Below are positions 1 through 9,058 of a DNA stretch of 64,000 nt, one piece after another. Numbering within the stretch: position 1 is the first letter of the stretch; each line of letters opens with the position of its first letter. Below the pieces are notes generated by a model, which worked only from the letters and a program-made list of their open reading frames with translations, searched no databases and was not told where the DNA came from. The position numbers and the translations under genes were made by a program. Origin of the DNA: Candidatus Latescibacterota bacterium (GTDB taxonomy: Bacteria; Latescibacterota; UBA2968; UBA8231); the NCBI GenBank assembly GCA_965203175.1, contig OZ241867.1, positions 1,696,001 to 1,760,000 on the forward strand. The letters run 5' to 3'.

Positions 1-308
1 AACGTCGAGTAGGGCAATGCTTTCATCACTCGAACCTCCCGCCGGCGGATTAGCGGCCGAATCTGATCGACGATCTTGGCCCATTCTGGGCTACCGTAAT
101 AGGCTTCAATCGCCTTGTCGCGGGCCTTGGCGTTGGGAAAGGCGCGAATCCAGATGAACTCGTCGTCGCGGTCGGGATTTTCCCACGCGGCGACAAACGT
201 CACGCCGTACTTGGACATAAAGCGGCGCGCCTTGGCAAAGCCGGCGCGGAATTTCTTTTTGTTGTCGGCTCCCTTGTGGAAGCGGTAGATGCGCAATTCG
301 TAGATCAT
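1..308 (-). CDS. NIPSNAP-family protein, 3'-truncated by the window edge
   Basis: Not in the ORF track because no stop lies in the window. Manual translation from ATG at 308 (RBS AAGGAGAG): MIYELRIYRFHKGADNKKKFRAGF...GVTFVAAWENPDRDDEFIWIRAFPN...YYGSPEW...MKALPYST, a typical NIPSNAP pattern. Confidence 0.8.
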   Translation of the reverse strand, partial: MIYELRIYRFHKGADNKKKFRAGFAKARRFMSKYGVTFVAAWENPDRDDEFIWIRAFPNAKARDKAIEAYYGSPEWAKIVDQIRPLIRRREVRVMKALPYST

Positions 309-319
309 GCAATCTCTCC

Positions 320-937
320 TTAGTAAATGGCGGTTTCGGCGACGACCACGTCCACGGGCACATCGTGCGGCTCGCCGGGAATGCAGTCTAGGACTAGCTC
401 GTCGTAGCACAGCCCTATTTTGACGGCTTGTACCTGCGCGAGAAAGCGGTCGTAGTAGCCGCCGCCCCAACCGATGCGATGCCCGCGCCGGTCAAAGGCG
501 AGGCCCGGCACCACGACCAAGTCGATCCGCGCTTCTGCGGGCAACCAAGTGGCCACGGCCGGATCGGGTTGCGCCAGCCCCCAAGGGCCGACGACAAGCT
601 GGTCTAGGCCGTCGATCAGCGCATGGGCCAGCGTCTTTGTGCCCGACATCACCACCGGCACGGCCACGCGCTTGCCCTGCTTTAAGCAAGTGCAAATCAA
701 CGCGCGGGTATCGACCTCGTTTTCCTTGCTGGAGACATAGGTGTGGACGAGTTTGGCCCGGCGGTACGCCTCCAGCCCCAATACCTTTTCTAGTATGGCC
801 TGCCCGCCGACTTCCACTTGGCCGCGGTCCAAACCCATACGCACAGCTAGAACGCGCTTTCTGAGCCGTTCCTTGCGGGCGTGCGTCGCCTCCTTCTCCA
901 TAAGTACCATAATACTGGCACCTAGAAAGAGCGTCAA
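320..937 (-). CDS. ygfA: 5-formyltetrahydrofolate cyclo-ligase (true start probably about 901-910)
   Basis: Motifs NEVDT, DLVVVPGLAFD.RGHRIG.GGGYYDRFL and EPHDVPVD. Confidence 0.93.
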   Translation of the reverse strand: MTLFLGASIMVLMEKEATHARKERLRKRVLAVRMGLDRGQVEVGGQAILEKVLGLEAYRRAKLVHTYVSSKENEVDTRALICTCLKQGKRVAVPVVMSGTKTLAHALIDGLDQLVVGPWGLAQPDPAVATWLPAEARIDLVVVPGLAFDRRGHRIGWGGGYYDRFLAQVQAVKIGLCYDELVLDCIPGEPHDVPVDVVVAETAIY

Positions 938-960
938 GCGCGTCTGGCACCTAGGCTTGC

Positions 961-1033
961 TTGACTAATATGAGCCTTTCCCCTAGATTGACCAAGATGG
1001 GCGCGGCTTGTCTTCTCAGGACGAGACGCGCCC
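961..1033 (+). promoter_or_regulatory. sigma70-like promoter for the uppS operon, followed by a 5'-UTR hairpin
   Basis: TTGACT (961-966), 17 nt spacer, TAGATT (984-989). Then GGGCGCG...CGCGCCC stem (999-1033) whose inner stem relies on G-U pairs, so it folds on the + strand. Confidence 0.5.
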
Positions 1034-1095
1034 GAATCTATGACAGGGGCCGTGAATGGCCGCCACATAAACCCACCTAATCATTCTTTTACGCT

Positions 1096-1902
1096 ATGAG
1101 TGTTCAGGCGCTGCCGCTGGAAATTTCTCCACGCGAATACCACCCAGTAGAACCCCTCAATCCCGAAGAGGACTTCCGCATCCAGCAGCGCCTCAAGGAC
1201 GAGGGGAACCTGCCGCAACACATCGCCATTATCATGGACGGCGATAGGCGCTGGGCCGTCGAGCGCAATCTACCCAAGACCGAAGGACATCGCTTTGGCC
1301 GCGAGTCCGTGCGCGACATCGTCCGCGCCTGCGGCCAACTCCAAATTGAAGCACTGACCCTGTACACCTTCTCGACGGAGAACTGGTCCCGGCCCGAAGC
1401 AGAAGTCGCAGAGCTGATGCAGTGGCTGCACGAGTCGCTGCGCGACGAAGTGTCGGAACTCCACGAAAACAACGTATCGCTCAACGCCATAGGCCGCACC
1501 GACGCATTGTCGCCAACCATCCAATTGGCCTTAGAGCACGCCCTCGCTCAGACCAAAGACAACACCGGCCTCAAACTCAATTTGGCGCTCAACTACGGGG
1601 GCCGCAGCGAACTCGTCGACGCCTTCCGCAAGCTGGCCGTCGAAGTGGCGGCTGGGCGGCTCGCCCCAGAAGACATCGACGAGGAACAAATCAGCAGCGC
1701 CCTCTATACAGCCGACTTGCCAGACCCGGATTTGTTAATCCGCACCAGTGGCGAAATGCGGCTGAGCAACTTCCTGCCTTGGCAAATGGTCTATACTGAA
1801 ATTTGCTTTGTCGGCGACGTGCATTGGCCGGATTTTCGCCGCCAGCACCTGTACGAAGCCATTGCCGCCTATCAACAGCGACAGAGGCGCTTTGGCGGCT
1901 GA
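1096..1902 (+). CDS. uppS: isoprenyl transferase (undecaprenyl diphosphate synthase)
   Basis: HIAIIMDGxRRWA, FSTENWSRP, LNYGGR, PDLLIRTSGEMRLSNFL and C-terminal RRFGG. Confidence 0.96.
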   Translation: MSVQALPLEISPREYHPVEPLNPEEDFRIQQRLKDEGNLPQHIAIIMDGDRRWAVERNLPKTEGHRFGRESVRDIVRACGQLQIEALTLYTFSTENWSRPEAEVAELMQWLHESLRDEVSELHENNVSLNAIGRTDALSPTIQLALEHALAQTKDNTGLKLNLALNYGGRSELVDAFRKLAVEVAAGRLAPEDIDEEQISSALYTADLPDPDLLIRTSGEMRLSNFLPWQMVYTEICFVGDVHWPDFRRQHLYEAIAAYQQRQRRFGG

Positions 1903-2728
1903 CACCGCGACAGAGTCCTCCGGCCTGCGGCAACGCGTCCTCGCGGCTGTCGTATTCGTGCCGGTGATCCTGCTGCTAGTCGAAGGGGCTAGCTGGGGGA
2001 TCTTCCTCTTGGTGTTGGCCGTGGCCGTGCGCTGCTCGTGGGAATACCACCACATCTTAGAGGAGGCCGGCTACCGACCCATCCGCCTGCCGGGCAGCTT
2101 GTTGGTCTTGGGTCTGTGCACCTACTTCTGGCGACATGGCACGGGCGACGGCCTCGCCGCATTGCTGATGGCGGCCATCTTGCTGGTCGTGGTGTGGGCC
2201 TTGTTCCAGGGCACACAGCGCTATGCGACCAACGCCTTTCTAACATTGGGCGGCGTGTTCTTTTTCGGCGTCTTGGGCAGTGCGCCGCTGCTGCTTTTTC
2301 AGGTGGCTGGTAAGGGCGAGGAGGCCCACCACTTGATAGCCGTGCTCTTTGTCTGCATCTGGCTCACGGATTCTGGGGCGTACTTCAGCGGTCGGTTTTG
2401 GGGCCGGGCCAAGCTGGCACCGGCGATCAGCCCTAATAAGACGCGGATCGGCTGCATCGGCGGCGTGGTCGGCAGCGCCCTGCCCTTGCCCTTGGGCTTT
2501 CTGCTGCCCTCCTTTTCTCCGGCGTCGCTGCTGGGGCTTTTGCTCGTCGCGGGCATTGGTGCGCAGGTAGGCGACCTGGTGGAATCGGCCTTTAAGCGCG
2601 ACATGGGCATCAAGGACGCGCCGATGCTGATCCCAGGCCACGGCGGCCTGCTCGACCGCTTTGACTCCTATTTTTTGGCCTTTCCGCTGGCGTATCTCTA
2701 CGTGGATGTGCTGGCTGTTTTTTCTTGA
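1892..2728 (+). CDS. cdsA: phosphatidate cytidylyltransferase
   Basis: Multi-TM; DSGAYFSG, LAPAISPNKT, GDLVESAFKRD.GIKD...IPGHGGLLDRFDS. Start placed at TTG 1892 overlapping the uppS stop; the ORF track start (1808) is an over-extension. Confidence 0.93.
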   Translation: MAADTATESSGLRQRVLAAVVFVPVILLLVEGASWGIFLLVLAVAVRCSWEYHHILEEAGYRPIRLPGSLLVLGLCTYFWRHGTGDGLAALLMAAILLVVVWALFQGTQRYATNAFLTLGGVFFFGVLGSAPLLLFQVAGKGEEAHHLIAVLFVCIWLTDSGAYFSGRFWGRAKLAPAISPNKTRIGCIGGVVGSALPLPLGFLLPSFSPASLLGLLLVAGIGAQVGDLVESAFKRDMGIKDAPMLIPGHGGLLDRFDSYFLAFPLAYLYVDVLAVFS

Positions 2729-2741
2729 GATGGATTAGAGT

Positions 2742-4052
2742 ATGTTGGATACCCTCACTACTATTGCCTCGTTTCTCATCGCCTTAGGCGTCTTGGTCTT
2801 TGTCCACGAGTTAGGCCACTTTCTGGTCGCCAAATGGGCGGGCATCCGCGTCGAGCGTTTCTCCTTGGGCTACCCGCCCAAAATGATCGGCTTTACCCGC
2901 GGCGAAACCGAGTACTGTATCTCTTGGATCCCCTTTGGCGGTTACGTCAAGGTAGCTGGCATGGCCGATGTGGGCAGCGAGGAAACCACTGGTGCGCACT
3001 GGGAATTTCCCTCTAGGTCGGTGGGAATCCGCATGGCGGTCATCGCCGCTGGCCCAGCCATGAACTTCCTCTTCGCCTTTGTGGCCCTGATCTTCCTCTT
3101 TAGCGTTTATGGAATCGACTCCTTCGATAGCACTCGCGTCAATCCCCAAGAGAATTCCCTCGCCGCCGAGGTCGGTCTGGTGCGCGGTGATCGCGTGCGC
3201 ACCGTAGGAGGCACACCCGTCGGCAATGCCTACGAACTGGCCAGCGCCTTGGACGAGATCGCAAACAGCGGTGCTAGGCTCGAAGTCGAACGCGACGGCA
3301 TCCTCTTGGACTTCGACCTGCCGCCTGCGGGAGACGAGGGCTACGGCGTGCTGCTAATGCGCCCTACGACGGTAGGGCACGTTGAGCCCGGGACGCCAGC
3401 CGACAGCCTCGGCTTGCAAGCGGGCGACATCATCCGCGCCGTCGGCCAAGCTCCAGTCGTGAGTTGGGCAGAGATGAGCGAGGAAATCCGCCGCTATCCG
3501 GGCGAGACGATTCCGTTGGTTTGGGAGCGCGACAGCCAGCGCATGGAACAGCTCGTTACCCCGGCAGCCCACCCCGAGGGCGACGCGTTCGTGGGGCGCA
3601 TTGGCATCGGTCCGCAGGTCTCGCGCCACACCGTCGGGTTGGGCCGATCGGTGGTGCTGGGGGGGCTGGGCGTGTACAATTCTTCTTGGCTGATCCTCGA
3701 CTTTTTGGGCGAGCTTTTCCAAGGCGACCGCTCGACCGATGAATTGGGCGGCCCCTTGCGCATCGCCCAGCTAGCTGGGCAGACCGCCGAGCAGGGCCTG
3801 GACTCCTTCGTCCGCTTTCTCGCCATACTCAGCGTCAACTTGGCGATTATCAACCTCCTGCCCATTCCCGTGCTCGACGGCGGCCACCTGACCTTCCTCA
3901 CGCTAGAGGCCATCATGCGCCGACCGCTCTCGTTGCGCCAGCGCGAGATCTTTCAGCAGATCGGCTTGGCCATCATGTTGTTCATCATGGTGCTGGTCAC
4001 GTTCAACGACCTCAATCAGATGGTCTTCCGCCGCATCGCGGAGATGTTCTAG
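2742..4052 (+). CDS. rseP: RIP zinc metalloprotease RseP with two PDZ domains
   Basis: HELGH, GGYVK, AGPAMN, NLLPIPVLDGG; canonical position after cdsA. Confidence 0.95.
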   Translation: MLDTLTTIASFLIALGVLVFVHELGHFLVAKWAGIRVERFSLGYPPKMIGFTRGETEYCISWIPFGGYVKVAGMADVGSEETTGAHWEFPSRSVGIRMAVIAAGPAMNFLFAFVALIFLFSVYGIDSFDSTRVNPQENSLAAEVGLVRGDRVRTVGGTPVGNAYELASALDEIANSGARLEVERDGILLDFDLPPAGDEGYGVLLMRPTTVGHVEPGTPADSLGLQAGDIIRAVGQAPVVSWAEMSEEIRRYPGETIPLVWERDSQRMEQLVTPAAHPEGDAFVGRIGIGPQVSRHTVGLGRSVVLGGLGVYNSSWLILDFLGELFQGDRSTDELGGPLRIAQLAGQTAEQGLDSFVRFLAILSVNLAIINLLPIPVLDGGHLTFLTLEAIMRRPLSLRQREIFQQIGLAIMLFIMVLVTFNDLNQMVFRRIAEMF

Positions 4053-4073
4053 TAGCTGCTTGCGCGGTTCGGC

Positions 4074-5186
4074 ATGTCGCTGACCGAACAAATTCGCCAC
4101 AAGGCCCGCGCCTTGGGCTTTACCTCGGTTGGTTTTGCCCCGGCCGACCCGTTAAAAGGGGCCGAGTTTTACGCCCGCTGGGTGGCCTTGGGCTACGCCG
4201 GCCAAATGGACTACCTCAAACGCCACCTCGACAAGCGCGCGGACCCGCGCCAGATGGTCCCCGGTGCCCGGACCGCCATTTGCCTTGGCATGGATTACTA
4301 CCAACCCACTCCTGCGGCACCCGATCCCCTGCGCGGCCAGATCGCTTGTTACGCCCGCGGCGACGACTATCACGACATCGTCAAAAAGCGCTTGGCAGCA
4401 CTGTGGGAATTCGTGCTGGCCGAGGCCGGGGAGCAGACCAAAGGCCGCTATTTTGTCGATACGGCTCCGGTCCTAGAGCGCGAACTCGCCCAGCGGGCGG
4501 GCTTGGGCTGGTGGGGTAAGAACACCTGCCTGATCGACAAGCACCGCGGCTCTTACTTCTTCTTAGCCGAAATTATCACCGACCTCGAACTCGACTACGA
4601 CGAACCCGCCCCAGACCACTGCGGCACCTGCACGCGCTGCTTGGACGCCTGCCCCACCGACGCCTTCCCCGAACCGTACGTACTCGACGCCCAGCGCTGC
4701 ATCTCCTACCTCAACATCGAACTCAAGGGGTCTATTCCCCGCGACCTGCGCCAAGGCATGGGCCAATGGATCTTTGGCTGCGACATCTGTCAGGAGGTGT
4801 GCCCGTGGAACCGCAAGGCCGAGCCAGCTCCAGAGCCGGCGTACAAGAGCCGCGCCGGCCTCGACAGCCCAGCGCTCCTCGACCTGATCCAACTCGACCG
4901 CGCAGCCTTCAACGCACTCTTTCGCCGCAACCCAGTCAAACGCCCTAAGCGCCGAGGCTTTTTGCGCAACGTCGCCGTGGCCTTGGGCAATTCGGGCATG
5001 CAGGCCGCGGTGCCAACCCTGATCAGCGCGCTCGACGACGAAGAGCCGCTAGTGCGCGGCCACGTGGCTTGGGCATTGGGTCAACTCGGCGGTGATGAGG
5101 CAAAGGAGGCGCTCCAACAGCGCTTGGGCATAGAAGAAGATGCAGAAGTGCAAGGGGAGCTAAAAGACGCGCTAGCTGCGCTGTAA
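4074..5186 (+). CDS. queG: tRNA epoxyqueuosine reductase with a C-terminal HEAT repeat
   Basis: YARGDDYH, VDTAPVLER, AGLGWWGKN, CGTCTRCLDACP, GCDICQEVCPWN. Confidence 0.95.
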   Translation: MSLTEQIRHKARALGFTSVGFAPADPLKGAEFYARWVALGYAGQMDYLKRHLDKRADPRQMVPGARTAICLGMDYYQPTPAAPDPLRGQIACYARGDDYHDIVKKRLAALWEFVLAEAGEQTKGRYFVDTAPVLERELAQRAGLGWWGKNTCLIDKHRGSYFFLAEIITDLELDYDEPAPDHCGTCTRCLDACPTDAFPEPYVLDAQRCISYLNIELKGSIPRDLRQGMGQWIFGCDICQEVCPWNRKAEPAPEPAYKSRAGLDSPALLDLIQLDRAAFNALFRRNPVKRPKRRGFLRNVAVALGNSGMQAAVPTLISALDDEEPLVRGHVAWALGQLGGDEAKEALQQRLGIEEDAEVQGELKDALAAL

Positions 5187-5190
5187 CCCC

Positions 5191-6114
5191 TCACTCGGCG
5201 AACAATGCGCGGGCGAATGCTGCCGCGTCAAACGGCTGCAAATCGTCCACCCCCTCGCCCACCCCAATCAGCTTTACCGGCAGATCCATCTGACGCCGCA
5301 GCGCAACGACGATCCCGCCCTTAGCCGTCCCGTCCAGCTTGGTCAGCACGAGCCCGGTCAATTCGGTGGCTTGGTTGAACTCAGTCGCCTGCGACAGGGC
5401 ATTCTGGCCGCTGGTCCCGTCGAGTACCAGCAGAGTTTCGTGCGGAGCCGCGGGGTCTTGCTTGGCCAGCGAGCGGCGGATCTTTTTGAGTTCCTCCATC
5501 AAGTTGACCTTGTTGTGCAAGCGGCCGGCCGTGTCCACTAGCAGCACATCGGCTTCGCGCGACTTGGCCGCGGCGAGCGCGTCAAAGGCCACGGCCGCCG
5601 GGTCCGCTCCTTGCTGCGTGCGTATCAGGTCGGCTCCGGCGCGCTCTGCCCAGATGGCGAGCTGGGGGATGGCTGCGGCCCGAAACGTGTCACCGGCAGC
5701 GAGTACCACCTTCTTGCCGACATCGGCGTATTGCTTGGCCAACTTGCCGACCGTCGTCGTCTTGCCGGTGCCGTTGACGCCGACGACCAGTACGACAAAC
5801 GGCTTGCCCGGCAACTCGCCCGCCAGGGGCAAGGCCGCGCCATTGCCGAGGGTCATCATCGCGGCTACTTGCTCCTCCAGCACCTGCATCACCCCGTCCG
5901 GTCCGTCCGCCATCTGTCCACTCCCGAGCCGCTCGCGCAGCTCATCGACGAGTTCAGTGGCTGTTTCCAGCCCCATATCAGCGCCGATCAGCGCGGCCTC
6001 AATGTCGTCGATGGCGGCGTCGTCCAAGCGGGGGTTGCCGGAGATCACATCGGTCATCGCCTGCCGCGTCTGCGCCAATCCCTGCTTTATTTTGTCGAAA
6101 AATTTGCCCAGCAT
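5191..6114 (-). CDS. ftsY: SRP receptor FtsY (NG domain only)
   Basis: [39 protein letters not shown]. Confidence 0.96.
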   Translation of the reverse strand: MLGKFFDKIKQGLAQTRQAMTDVISGNPRLDDAAIDDIEAALIGADMGLETATELVDELRERLGSGQMADGPDGVMQVLEEQVAAMMTLGNGAALPLAGELPGKPFVVLVVGVNGTGKTTTVGKLAKQYADVGKKVVLAAGDTFRAAAIPQLAIWAERAGADLIRTQQGADPAAVAFDALAAAKSREADVLLVDTAGRLHNKVNLMEELKKIRRSLAKQDPAAPHETLLVLDGTSGQNALSQATEFNQATELTGLVLTKLDGTAKGGIVVALRRQMDLPVKLIGVGEGVDDLQPFDAAAFARALFAE

Positions 6115-6394
6115 GAAAACGTTTGTTTCCAGTTTATTACACTACAAGTACAAGGACGCAGAATTGACAAAAAAAACTCACTATTTTTGACATAGAATTT
6201 AAGAATAATAATTTTATTTTGACTGCGAAATCGCCACAGCCCGAAGTAAAAATAAACACAATATGTAGTATATAACTCAAATCTAAGAATAATATGTATT
6301 GACCGAAACTAAATCATTATATAACATATTTGTCTTGAATATGAGTGCGTTAAATAATATACACTTCACTCTTCTCCTGAAGGAGGCAAATTCG

Positions 6395-8977
6395 ATGAAG
6401 AAGAGCTTATCTGTTTTTGCGGTTGCCGTTGGCCTTTCGGCCCTGCTCTCTGTGAGCTTGGCCTCTGAGGTCTGGGCGCAAGAAGAAGCGCAAGAAGACG
6501 AGGAAATGCTTGAAGGCGTTGTGGAGGTTGAAGAGTTGGTGGTGACCGGTTCGCGTGCTCAGTCGCGCACCGTAACCGACTCACCCGTGCCCATTGACGT
6601 CATTGGTGCCGACGAGTTCGCCAAGCAAGGTGGAGCGGATCTAGCTGACCTTGTGCGGAATGTCGTGCCCTCGTACAACGTCAATACCCAGCCGATCAGC
6701 GATGCGGGCACGGTCGTCCGACCGCCCAACATGCGAGGGTTGGCCCCCGACCACGCGCTGGTTCTGGTCAACGGCAAGCGCCGCCATCGCGCTGCGGTGA
6801 TCCACTGGCTGGGCAATGGCGTAGCCGATGGCGCACAGGGGCCCGATTTGGCACCCATCCCGGCGATCGCGCTCAATCGAGTGGAGGTCTTGCGCGACGG
6901 CGCGTCGGCCCAGTACGGCTCGGACGCCATTGCCGGCGTGTTGAACTTCCGTCTCAAGGACCGTTCCGACGGGCTGTCGATTGAGACCAAAGTCGGCAGT
7001 TTCCAAGACGGCGAAGGCATCCTCGGCGATGGCGAGTTGTTTTCTATCGCTGGCAATCTCGGCTTGGGCAACGAGAATGCGTGGGCCAACCTCAGCTTGG
7101 AATACGGCAACGCGGGCGAAACCATCCGCTCGGTGCAGCGCAATGATGCCGCGGGCCTGATTGCTGCGGGCAATACGAATGTGGCCAATCCCGCCCAGAT
7201 CTGGGGGCAGCCCTTCATCAGAGACGATCTGAAGTTCTTCGCCAACTACGGGGCGACGCTGAGCGAGAACCTCGACTTCTATGGTCACGCCAACTACGCC
7301 AGCAAGGAAACGGAAGGCGGGTTCTATTTCCGCAATCCCCATACCCGCAGCGGCGTGTTTAAGGGGGGGCCGGTCGAGATAGGTGGCGAGAGCTACGAGA
7401 ATTCCCTGCTGGTTGGCGATTTGGACGGCGTGGGTCAGGGCGGCGAATGCGCCCCGGTACCCATAATTGACAACAAGCCGGATCAGGAGGCTTGGCTAAA
7501 GATTCGCGACGATCCCAATTGCTTTTCGTTCCTGAAAATGTTTCCCGGTGGCTTCACGCCCCGCTTCGGCGGCTTCACCACGGATGAATCCATTCTTCTG
7601 GGCCTGAAGGGTTTTGCGGCCGAGACGTTGGGTTGGAGCCTGAGCGCGTCCTATGGCCGCCACCACGCGGACTACTTCATCTTCAACACCGTGAATGCCT
7701 CGATGGGGCCCGATACGCCGACATTGTTCAACCCTGGAGACTACATCCAGACGGATGTCAACTTAAACTTCGACATTACGTACCCGGTCAGCGACCAGGT
7801 GTTCTTGGCCGCGGGGGCCGAACGTCGCAATGAAGCATTCGAGATCGTGGAGGGACAGATCGAGTCCTACTTGATTGGTCAGCCGTTGGCCAGCCAAGGG
7901 TTCCAGCCCGCTACCAATGGTTTCTCGGGCTTTAGCAAGGTAGCCGCTGGCCGCTGGGATCGAACCAACACGGCCGTTTACGTAGAGGCGGATTTTGAGC
8001 CGATTGATCCGTTGGTGCTTTCTGTGGCATTGCGCTCGGAGGATTTTAGCGACTTTGGCAGCACTACCAACTACAAGGGAGCCGCCAATTTCGCCCTAAC
8101 GGACGATTTGAAGCTACGCGGTAGTTATAGCACTGGCTTCCGGGCACCGACGCCCGGCCAGCAAAATGCCTTCAACATAACGACCGAGTTCAATTTCGAG
8201 AAGAACGACTTGGTCAACAACGGCACCGTGCCTTCCACCAGTCGCGCAGTTGGGCTGGTCCTCGGTGAAGAGGGCGGCGGGCCGGCGCTCAAACCTGAAA
8301 ACTCGATCAATCTTTCCGGGGGCGTCGTCGTCAATATGGGCGTCGTTAGCGCGACGATTGACTACTTCAACATCAAGGTGGAGGATCGCCTGACGGTCTC
8401 GCAAGACTTCGCGCTGAGCGATGAGCAGAAGCAGCAGCTAATCGATGAGGGCCTAACCAGCGCGGCCGGCTTGCAGGAGTTCCGCTTCTTCACCAATGAC
8501 TTCGACACCGCTACCAACGGGATCGACCTCGTCGTCTCGGCACCGGTAGGTTCGGGTCAGATGAGTTTGGCCTACAACTATACGAGCACCGAAGTCACCG
8601 ACCACAACCCGGATATTCTCGACGATCTCCGGCTGCGGGAATTGGAGGAGAATCTGCCTAAGCAGCGCGGGAATTTGACGCTGACCCAAGCCCTGAGCGA
8701 GCGTTGGAGTGGCCTAGGTCGCGCCAGCTACTACGGCGAATGGTACGACTCCGAAGACGATCAGACCTATAGCGGCAAGGTGCTGTTTGACATTGAAACT
8801 GGTGTCTCGTTTGACGAGGCAAAATCCGTCATATCCATTGGTGCACAGAACATTCTCAACACCTATCCCGATGAGCACGAAAAAGCTAGGGAGCGGACCG
8901 GCAACAAGTACAGCCAGTTCAGCCCATTTGGCTTTGGCGGCGCTTTCTGGTACGTGAAATACAGCTACAGCCTCTAG
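6395..8977 (+). CDS. TonB-dependent outer-membrane receptor
   Basis: RBS AAGGAGG before ATG 6395, signal peptide, EELVVTGSR TonB box, plug motif RVEVLRDGASAQYGSDAIAGV, C-terminal aromatic beta-strand YVKYSYSL. Confidence 0.93.
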   Translation: MKKSLSVFAVAVGLSALLSVSLASEVWAQEEAQEDEEMLEGVVEVEELVVTGSRAQSRTVTDSPVPIDVIGADEFAKQGGADLADLVRNVVPSYNVNTQPISDAGTVVRPPNMRGLAPDHALVLVNGKRRHRAAVIHWLGNGVADGAQGPDLAPIPAIALNRVEVLRDGASAQYGSDAIAGVLNFRLKDRSDGLSIETKVGSFQDGEGILGDGELFSIAGNLGLGNENAWANLSLEYGNAGETIRSVQRNDAAGLIAAGNTNVANPAQIWGQPFIRDDLKFFANYGATLSENLDFYGHANYASKETEGGFYFRNPHTRSGVFKGGPVEIGGESYENSLLVGDLDGVGQGGECAPVPIIDNKPDQEAWLKIRDDPNCFSFLKMFPGGFTPRFGGFTTDESILLGLKGFAAETLGWSLSASYGRHHADYFIFNTVNASMGPDTPTLFNPGDYIQTDVNLNFDITYPVSDQVFLAAGAERRNEAFEIVEGQIESYLIGQPLASQGFQPATNGFSGFSKVAAGRWDRTNTAVYVEADFEPIDPLVLSVALRSEDFSDFGSTTNYKGAANFALTDDLKLRGSYSTGFRAPTPGQQNAFNITTEFNFEKNDLVNNGTVPSTSRAVGLVLGEEGGGPALKPENSINLSGGVVVNMGVVSATIDYFNIKVEDRLTVSQDFALSDEQKQQLIDEGLTSAAGLQEFRFFTNDFDTATNGIDLVVSAPVGSGQMSLAYNYTSTEVTDHNPDILDDLRLRELEENLPKQRGNLTLTQALSERWSGLGRASYYGEWYDSEDDQTYSGKVLFDIETGVSFDEAKSVISIGAQNILNTYPDEHEKARERTGNKYSQFSPFGFGGAFWYVKYSYSL

Positions 8978-8994
8978 GAACGCCGCAGTTCTAC

Positions 8995-9034
8995 GCAAAA
9001 GGCCGGGTACCTGTTTTGGTACTCGGCCTTTTGC
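8995..9034 (+). terminator. intrinsic terminator (possibly bidirectional)
   Basis: GCAAAAGGCCGGGTACC-loop-GGTACTCGGCCTTTTGC just after the receptor stop codon. Confidence 0.8.
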
Positions 9035-9058
9035 ATCTTAACCTGAAGTGAGTAGCAA

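Noticed and set aside
938-1095. Possible 6S RNA upstream of the 5-FCL gene
   Set aside because: The spacer is short, is occupied by the divergent uppS promoter and a + strand hairpin, and shows no 6S-like long rod.
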